64,000 nt of DNA from a virus. Below the pieces are notes generated by a model. That model ran no database searches. It saw only the letters and a program-made list of their open reading frames with translations, and had not been told where the DNA came from. The stretch spans positions 64,001 through 128,000 of the IMG/VR virus record IMGVR_UViG_3300047160_018755. One strand, given 5' to 3'. This document shows positions 57,679 through 64,000 of this stretch, one piece after another (the first letter of the stretch is position 1; each line of letters starts with the position of its first letter). The translations under genes and the position numbers were made by a program.

Positions 57679-58392
57679 TTGAGTCCAGAGCTAATCGTTT
57701 TCGCATGCGTTCTGCGTACACTCGAAGTGGGCCCGCCAGCTGACGCACGCTGCCAGACACCGTTCATCCAGGAAGTCGTCACCGCCATCCAGAAGTACTC
57801 GCCCGAGACCAAGGTCCCCGCTCACATCGAGGCGGCCTTGATCTGGCACGAGTCGCGCTTCAAGAAGACCGCCCGCGGGACCCGCGGCGAGGTGGGGCTC
57901 ACGCAGCTACTTCGCCACGGCGCCGTGCAGGGTGCCGATCTGAAGCTCACGCGCAAGCAGCTGGAGGACGTCGACACCAACGTCCGCATCGGCATGCAGT
58001 ACTTGGGGACCTTCGTTCCCCAGTGCTCGACCGCGAGCCGCTGGCTAACCAAGTACAATCGGCCGGCGACGGGCTGCAAGTCGTCGCGCTACAGCCGGGG
58101 GATCCTCACGGATCTAGGTATGGCGCGAAGGGCAGGCCGACGATTGTTTGGGTCGTCGTTGGCAGAGGCATCGCCGGGTTCGTCACCACTTCCGTATACG
58201 TCCACGTGGCGATTAGATTGGGCGGCGCCTGACCACACTTCTCGCACGGAGGAGGATTCAGACCGTTCCACACCGCCGGATAGCGATGAGCTGCGCCATC
58301 CAGCGGGCACACGTCAGGGAACGTCCACACCGTCGGGACCGATACCGGCCCCCACTGAAACACAGCTGGCGGCTCCTTTCCAAGAGCCCTAA
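57679..58392 (+). CDS. Lytic transglycosylase (SLT domain)
   Basis: ALIWHESRF...GEVGLTQL...DVDTNVRIGMQYL; AGGAGG RBS, TTG start. Confidence 0.8.
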   Translation: MSPELIVFACVLRTLEVGPPADARCQTPFIQEVVTAIQKYSPETKVPAHIEAALIWHESRFKKTARGTRGEVGLTQLLRHGAVQGADLKLTRKQLEDVDTNVRIGMQYLGTFVPQCSTASRWLTKYNRPATGCKSSRYSRGILTDLGMARRAGRRLFGSSLAEASPGSSPLPYTSTWRLDWAAPDHTSRTEEDSDRSTPPDSDELRHPAGTRQGTSTPSGPIPAPTETQLAAPFQEP

Positions 58393-58468
58393 GCAGCTCC
58401 GCGATCTCGGCCGGCGTTCCTTCGATCTCGTACTCGGCGTACGAGCCCGGGTTCATCTTGAGCTTCAC
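58106..58468 (-). CDS. Hypothetical protein with Cys/His metal motif
   Basis: CPLDGAAH.YP.VW.G..PPPCEKCG; overlaps the preceding stop. Confidence 0.55.
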   Translation of the reverse strand: MKLKMNPGSYAEYEIEGTPAEIAELLRALGKEPPAVFQWGPVSVPTVWTFPDVCPLDGAAHRYPAVWNGLNPPPCEKCGQAPPNLIATWTYTEVVTNPAMPLPTTTQTIVGLPFAPYLDP

Positions 58469-59937
58469 GCGTCGCTCGTCTTCTTGGCCGGCGCGCCCTT
58501 GACGTGCGGCTCCAGCCGATCCCGCTGCGGAGGCTCCGCCGGGTTCTCGGGCATCGAGTAGGCGTCCCCGGGATGCGCCTTGAAACGAGCGATCTCGGAC
58601 TTCGGGTCCTTGGCGTGCTCCAGCACCTCCGGCGGCGGCGACAGCAGGTCCTTGTGGCCGAGCTGGTGAAGCGCGAGCGCGTACATCACGCCGTGCTTCT
58701 TGGCGGCCTCGTCGTTGCCGGCGGCGTGGGAGGCCTTCATGCCGTTCCAGTGGTGGGCCGCCGCCTTGGCGATCTGATCCTTGCGGTAGTCCTCGTGAGC
58801 ACGCGCCTGGGCCTCGTGACGAGGCATGCGGTGCATGTGCTCGTAGATGTCCGAGCGCATCTGGAGATCCGCCTCGTGCGTCGTGTCGGACATCGGGTAC
58901 TTGCCTTGCCACATGGGCAGGCGGGAGAGTTGGAATGCCATTTACTTGCGCCCCACAGCTTCTAGGAAGGTTACGACCGTCTCCCGATCCCAATCCTCAC
59001 CGAGGTGAAGCTCACTGTACTCCGGATGGTCGGTGACGTCAACTGACTTGGCGAGCGCTCGGAAGCAGAGGCACCCGACGAACTTGTGGTCCGCGTTGAA
59101 CTGGCGCATCGAGCACACCGGGCACGCCCGCTCCTGCTCCGAGCGCGTGAGCTTCACGGTCGACGACGTGACGGGCTTCGCTGGCTTCGCGCCAGGCGAG
59201 GCAGCCATCTTCGGGAGCTTCTGCTGCGTGGTGGGCGCAGCTGACGTCGCCGTCGGAGCTACAGGCGCTGCGGGAGCGACGGGACCGGCGGTCTTGCCGC
59301 TGCCCTCGCCCATCGCCTTCTTCTCCAGCTCCTGCTTCACGACCCGAAGGAGCGCCTTCGGATGCTTCAGGTGACTCTTGTGCTCAGGACAGGCGACGTA
59401 GCCGGTCTCCTTCACGTTCTTCGGATCGTAGTGGGTCGCCGGCTTGTCGCAGAAGTCACACTCGTGAGGAAGGTCCGACGGGGGCGTCTCTCCTGATCCA
59501 TCGCTGAGCTGCGCCTTGACCAGACTCTCGCCAACGAGGTGCGCCTTCGCCATCAGATCGATGGACTTGCCGAGACGCTGTAGCTCGGTATTGCGGCCGT
59601 TGCTGAACAACAGCGAGTCGAGACCCATCGCCGTCGACAACGCGCCAGCGACGTGGAAGATCGACTGCTCCTCGAACTTGTACATGTCCTCGCCGAGGGT
59701 GACATTGCCCGTGAAGCCCTTCTCCGACTTCGCGTAGCTCAGACTGCACTCGCCAAAGCCTGGGACGGTTCCGGCGTACGCTGGAACGGCCTCCAGCATC
59801 GCGAGGATGGTGCGCGGCACGATCATCTGCGCGAGGTACTCGGAGCGACCTGCGGCTTTCGCAAGGGCGAGAGCTGCGTCAGCGCCAAGAACGCCGATCA
59901 GAAACTGTGCACGGTTGAAAGACATCTGCTTCACCAA
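58465..59937 (-). other. Two late proteins (58465-58941 His-rich; 58942-about 59928 with Zn fingers)
   Basis: TAAATG coupling; L-x-K-[S/A] motifs. Confidence 0.6.
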
Positions 59938-59940
59938 AGA

Positions 59941-60768
59941 TTAGCGCGGTCCGAAGTCGGACTGGCGCGGACCTTTCACCTGGCGCTCGCTGTTGGGGTT
60001 CACCGCGAGATCGTCGTTGTCTTCCTTCTCGAAGACGTACTCGCGGGTCATCTGCCACTGCTGCGGGAAACGCCTCACCTCGCGACCATCGGGCGTCTCG
60101 ACCTGAGCGATGCGCACCTGGTGCTGGAGATTCTTCACGTACCAGTACGGGCGGTACATGAAGCGGATGGAGTAGATCGTGCCCTTGTGAGCGACGAGAT
60201 CGTAGCCGATGGACTGCTTCCACACGAGCTGACCGCCCTCGATCGTGTACTCCTCCGGACCGTGCTTCATCCCCTTCGAGTCGATGATGTCGACGACGGA
60301 CACGCACGGAAAGTCGAGGCGGTCGTGCAACGTCACGTGGTGCTCCACGCGCTGCGTGTGCGGAACGAGAATCGACTCCTCCTGGAGGTAGAAGCGATCG
60401 AACGGCATCACATCAACGATGGTGTCGTTGTTGTCGTCGTACGCGTACGGCGCGGTGACGTTGACCGTGCCTCCGGCCATGAGCCCCGTGTCGTGCTGGT
60501 CCATCTTGTTGCCAGCACTGAGCATCAGGCAGGTGACTTCACCGGCCTTGGTGTAGATGTGACCGTTGGAGCAGCCCGAGTGGTCGTGGAACGTGCGGCG
60601 CACGTCGTACCGATCTGACATGCCGACCGGACAGGGCATGCCACGCCAATGCACGAGCTTCGCTCCTTGCGAGCGAATGAGAACGTCGAAGGCATCTGCG
60701 TCCCAGTTGACTGTGGTCAACGTGGTCGTCAGATCGACGTTGCCCTCTGGTCCGCGGGGGATCGCCAT
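59941..60768 (-). CDS. Head-closure / neck-like protein
   Basis: FDVLIRSQG.KLVHW..M.CP...C..GHIY; YSIRFMYRPYWYV; synteny. Confidence 0.55.
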   Translation of the reverse strand: MAIPRGPEGNVDLTTTLTTVNWDADAFDVLIRSQGAKLVHWRGMPCPVGMSDRYDVRRTFHDHSGCSNGHIYTKAGEVTCLMLSAGNKMDQHDTGLMAGGTVNVTAPYAYDDNNDTIVDVMPFDRFYLQEESILVPHTQRVEHHVTLHDRLDFPCVSVVDIIDSKGMKHGPEEYTIEGGQLVWKQSIGYDLVAHKGTIYSIRFMYRPYWYVKNLQHQVRIAQVETPDGREVRRFPQQWQMTREYVFEKEDNDDLAVNPNSERQVKGPRQSDFGPR

Positions 60769-60774
60769 GGTCCG

Positions 60775-61080
60775 TTACTTGCGACCCTTGTTGAAGGCGT
60801 CGGTGATGGCGTCGTACTTCGGGACGATGTTCTGGAAGGTCGAGGGATCGACCCAGTCCGACTTCGCGAGCGTGGTCAGCTTGATGCTGGGCTCGCGCTT
60901 CTTGGCGAGGTAGCGGGCGACTGCGCGGTGAGGGCCGACTCCGAGGTAGTCGATCTTCGGTCCGCGGACGGAGCAGACGATGTGGAGGCCTCCCTTGAGG
61001 CCAAGCTCCATGACGGGGTTCCCATCGCTGGTCGAGCCGATTCGCTCTTTGTAATCGATCTCTTGGGGCTGAATCTGCAT
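60775..61080 (-). CDS. Small late protein
   Basis: AATCTT 6 nt before ATG; LAKS motif. Confidence 0.65.
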   Translation of the reverse strand: MQIQPQEIDYKERIGSTSDGNPVMELGLKGGLHIVCSVRGPKIDYLGVGPHRAVARYLAKKREPSIKLTTLAKSDWVDPSTFQNIVPKYDAITDAFNKGRK

Positions 61081-61098
61081 ACCCTAAAGATTAGGGGC

Positions 61099-61127
61099 TT
61101 GACAAGGAATTTTGATCGTGGTACCTT
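61099..61127 (+). promoter_or_regulatory. sigma70-type promoter
   Basis: TTGACA-17nt-TACCTT. Confidence 0.75.
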
Positions 61128-61134
61128 CTTGACC

Positions 61135-62044
61135 ATGGGAACAAACTGGACGTTCGACGACGGCGGTCGCAAGGCCGCGGGGTTCAAAGGATCAACGGGC
61201 GACTGCGTCTACCGCGCCATCGCCATCGCCACGGGCACGCCGTACGATCAGGTGTGCGCCATGGTCGCCAACGCGGCGTTCTACGAACGCCCGGGAGCCA
61301 AGCGGCGCAAGGGCCGGCGCTCCAACCAGAAGAACGGGGTCTTCAAGGCCACCATCGATCGCATCATGCGCGACAACTTCCCCCAGTGGAAGTGGACGCC
61401 CACCATGAGCATCGGGAGCGGCTGCAAGGTCCACGTCCGGGCGGACGAGCTTCCGAAGGGCAAGATCATCCTCTCGCTGTCCAAGCACCTGGCGGCGATG
61501 ATCGACGGCGTGGTGCACGACACTCACGACCCGAGCCGTGGCGGCACCCGCTGTGTCTACGGGTACTGGAGCCTGGCATGAGCGACCTCTGGGAAGAGCT
61601 GGTCTTCAAGCTCAACAAGCGCATCTTCCAGCTGGAGGCGGAGAACAAGCGCCTTCGCGAGGAGCACGGCAAGGCCATCGGCCTGGCTGCCTCGCTGGCC
61701 GAGACCAGCGATCGCATGAAGCTCCAGCTCATCCTCGCGGGGCGCCTCAAGTGACCTTCGCCGAGGAGGCCGAGCGAGCCGGCCGCGACCTACTCAAAGA
61801 GCCGCTGCCACCCGCCGACCCGGTCCGGAAAACCATCCGCTTCCGGGCTCGGGTTCCCGCTCGCCTGGGCAAGGGCGGCCGGCCGCGTGACGCCATCGTC
61901 ACGATCGACAAGGCCCTCACGCTGCACATCCGCCCGTTCCGGGGCCGAAAAGACTACTCGATGTCGCTGGAACAAGCCGTTGGCTGGCTCATCCAGAAAC
62001 TCGTCGTCGGCGACAAAGGTCGCCCACGCAAGCGCCGCCTTTAG
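61135..62044 (+). other. Three early genes (61135-61581 conserved phage GDCVYRAIAIA family; 61578-61754; 61751-62044)
   Basis: GDCV.RAIAIA...HL.AMIDGVVHDT motif; ATGA/GTGA overlaps. Confidence 0.65.
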
Positions 62045-62370
62045 CGCGTCCGGGTGATCTTGCACGCGCCATCGCTCGGGACGATCAGGAGGTCCTGGGC
62101 GGTGCGCGCCGGCACGTCGACGCTGTAGTAGTTGTTCTCGCAGTCGACCGCGAAGGTCACCGAGGTGAGCTTCGGGTTCTTGAACGTGAGGACGTGATTG
62201 GTCACCCAGTACGGGCGGCGAGGATCGGCCACCGTGTTCCAGTGCGTGTAGCGCACGTCGGTCACGACGGGGTTGACCTCATCGCCCGTGTAGGGGCGCG
62301 AGGTGGCGCAGCCCGCCCACAGAGTGAGCAGGGCAACGAATGCAACAGTGAGAAACGCTTTGAGCTTCAT
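62041..62370 (-). CDS. Lipoprotein
   Basis: MKLKAFLTVAFVALLTLWAGC lipobox. Confidence 0.65.
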   Translation of the reverse strand: MKLKAFLTVAFVALLTLWAGCATSRPYTGDEVNPVVTDVRYTHWNTVADPRRPYWVTNHVLTFKNPKLTSVTFAVDCENNYYSVDVPARTAQDLLIVPSDGACKITRTR

Positions 62371-62393
62371 GTGGTATCCCTCCGACCCTAAGA

Positions 62394-63998
62394 TTAGGTC
62401 GTTACCCACAACGAGTTGATGATCAAATCGAGGGGCTCGTTGCCGAGGCGGACAGACACCTTCTGCAAGCGATCCATCGTGGGAATCGTGTTGATTCCGT
62501 AGCGCTGGCAGATGAGGCGCACGTCACCCGGAACGATTTTCCCAAACCAAGTCTTCAGCTCCTCAGCAACAGACGCCGGCACCCGCGGCAACGACTTGAG
62601 CTTCGTTGCGGTGTCGAGCTGGTGGAAGTTCTCGTCGAGGCACCACGCGCGCAGGTAGTACGGCACGAACGAGTTGCCGTCGTGGCCAGGATCGAAGCTC
62701 GGGCCGGCGAAGGCCGAGCCGTGATCGATGAGCTGCACGTCACCCTTCGGGTCGACCATCACGTTCTGGCCGTGCGAGTCCGGGTTGCCGAGGATGTAGT
62801 CGATCACGGCCCACTTGTGGACCAGACCCTCGTGCAGGTACTTGTGCAGGACGCTGCGAGCAGTGCCCGGCTCCTTGCGCTCCATCTCGTCGAGCGTCTT
62901 GAAGTCGAGAGCGAGCAGGTGGAGCGCGGAGTACATCTTATCGTCGATGATGACAAGCTCCGCGCGCGGGTACCACTTGCCGATCTCCCACTGCTTCGCG
63001 ATGTGGTAGAACGCGGCCTCGCGAGCGTTGGGGTTCGACGGGTCCTCCTTCGAGCCTGCGGCTCCGCCAGCTCCACCGCTGCCGGACTTGAGCAACAGCG
63101 TCGTCTTCGTCTGCTCATCGTAGGCGATGAACGATCCCTTCGAGTGCTTGCCGCCGAGCGCGACCGGGAACACGAAGTGCGTCTTGAACGCACGCTCGAT
63201 CATTCGCGCCACATCCTCACCCTCAAGATGCGCGGTCACGACCTTCGAAGCGGTCGGCGTCGGCTCCATGATCGGATCCGACTTCGTCAGCCCGCAGATG
63301 GCGTGCAGGGCCTTCAGGTTCTCTTCGCTGCACGGCAGGCCGTACGCCTGGAGCGCAGCACGATCCACGTCACCATCCTCGAAGTAGAGGGCCTGGCGCA
63401 TCGACTCGTCCGAGATGAGCGCTCCGTTGGCGAGGAACTTGGCTGCCTTGAATGCGCGGTGGTTCGCCGGCTCGAAGCCGAGCTGCATGGTCACGATCGG
63501 ATGCTTCGCCACGCCCTCCATCGGAGCCGAGGCGGCCGGGGTGAGCAGATCGAGTGCCTTCGAGAGCATCTTCTGGAGGTGCTGCGGGCCGAAGGCGGGG
63601 TTCGACATCACGCCGGCACGAAGGAGCGTGTCCGGGTGCAGGGCGTGGGTCGCCTCGTCAGCCAGCGTCGGAGACACGCTCTTGTTGCGCAGGAGCGCCC
63701 CGATGAGGCCCGGCGCGGCCGAGGTCGGCAGCAGCTGGGCCTTGGGGAGCAGGTCCTTGAAGATCTCGGCCAGAGCCGGCGTCGACAGACCTTGGTTTGA
63801 CTCCAAGGCGCGCTCCGCGAGCGCCACCACGTGGGGCTCGCCGCGGTCGGCAGCGCGCTGGACGAGGGCCCGGAGGGAGCCGTAGGGCAGCTCCAGGTGC
63901 TCCACAGCGCGCGAGCCGAGGTCTCCTGACCCGCCGCCAGGGACCGTCAGGGCCGTCTTCAGGGCGTGATCCAAGACATCCGCGGCGGCCCTCTTGTG
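62394..63998 (-). CDS. Large late protein with C-terminal HipA/PI3K-like kinase domain, truncated at the window end
   Basis: LLLKS..., REAAFY, DYILGNPDSHGQNVMV, LIDHGSAF; frame open to the window edge. Confidence 0.7.
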   Translation of the reverse strand, partial: HKRAAADVLDHALKTALTVPGGGSGDLGSRAVEHLELPYGSLRALVQRAADRGEPHVVALAERALESNQGLSTPALAEIFKDLLPKAQLLPTSAAPGLIGALLRNKSVSPTLADEATHALHPDTLLRAGVMSNPAFGPQHLQKMLSKALDLLTPAASAPMEGVAKHPIVTMQLGFEPANHRAFKAAKFLANGALISDESMRQALYFEDGDVDRAALQAYGLPCSEENLKALHAICGLTKSDPIMEPTPTASKVVTAHLEGEDVARMIERAFKTHFVFPVALGGKHSKGSFIAYDEQTKTTLLLKSGSGGAGGAAGSKEDPSNPNAREAAFYHIAKQWEIGKWYPRAELVIIDDKMYSALHLLALDFKTLDEMERKEPGTARSVLHKYLHEGLVHKWAVIDYILGNPDSHGQNVMVDPKGDVQLIDHGSAFAGPSFDPGHDGNSFVPYYLRAWCLDENFHQLDTATKLKSLPRVPASVAEELKTWFGKIVPGDVRLICQRYGINTIPTMDRLQKVSVRLGNEPLDLIINSLWVTT

Positions 63999-64000
63999 GC

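Noticed and set aside
1-64000. Stop-codon reassignment or suppressor tRNAs
   Set aside because: Conserved genes (rtcB, ligase, sheath) are intact in the standard code; no CTA, TTA or TCA anticodons found
1-64000. Prophage, integrase, transposon or bacterial chromosome context
   Set aside because: No integrase, transposase, rRNA or housekeeping operon seen; content fits a free large phage genome

Overview
A 64 kb slice of a large, GC-rich tailed phage genome with myovirus tail sheath and tube genes, probably jumbo class. The host is unknown; Cys-rich lipoproteins and an Flp pilin hint at Myxococcota or a similar group (inference). Plus-strand islands of small early genes sit behind sigma70-type promoters. 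They alternate with minus-strand late genes (tail fibres, baseplate, tape-measure-like protein, tube, sheath, neck and head proteins) behind an AATCTT motif that is often exactly 6 nt before the start codon. The window holds 29 tRNA genes in three operons, a tmRNA with a 27-aa tag, RtcB, DNA ligase, dNMP kinase, RNase H, an HD hydrolase, a bL12-CTD fusion, four intact homing-type endonucleases and two relics. Main discovery: each tRNA operon is preceded by a short leader ORF whose amino-acid content mirrors the tRNAs downstream. The Leu leader has TTG-CTG-CTC inside a terminator arm, directly upstream of tRNA-Leu(CAA/CAG/GAG), which suggests attenuation control of phage tRNA supply. Also notable are three circularly permuted, anticodon-less tRNA mimics (YrlA-like), and a late-expressed mCpol (minimal Cas10-like cyclase) and HipA/PI3K-like kinase in proteins carrying recurrent L-x-K-[S/A] motifs, which are putative prohead-protease sites. 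All calls were made by eye, without searches.
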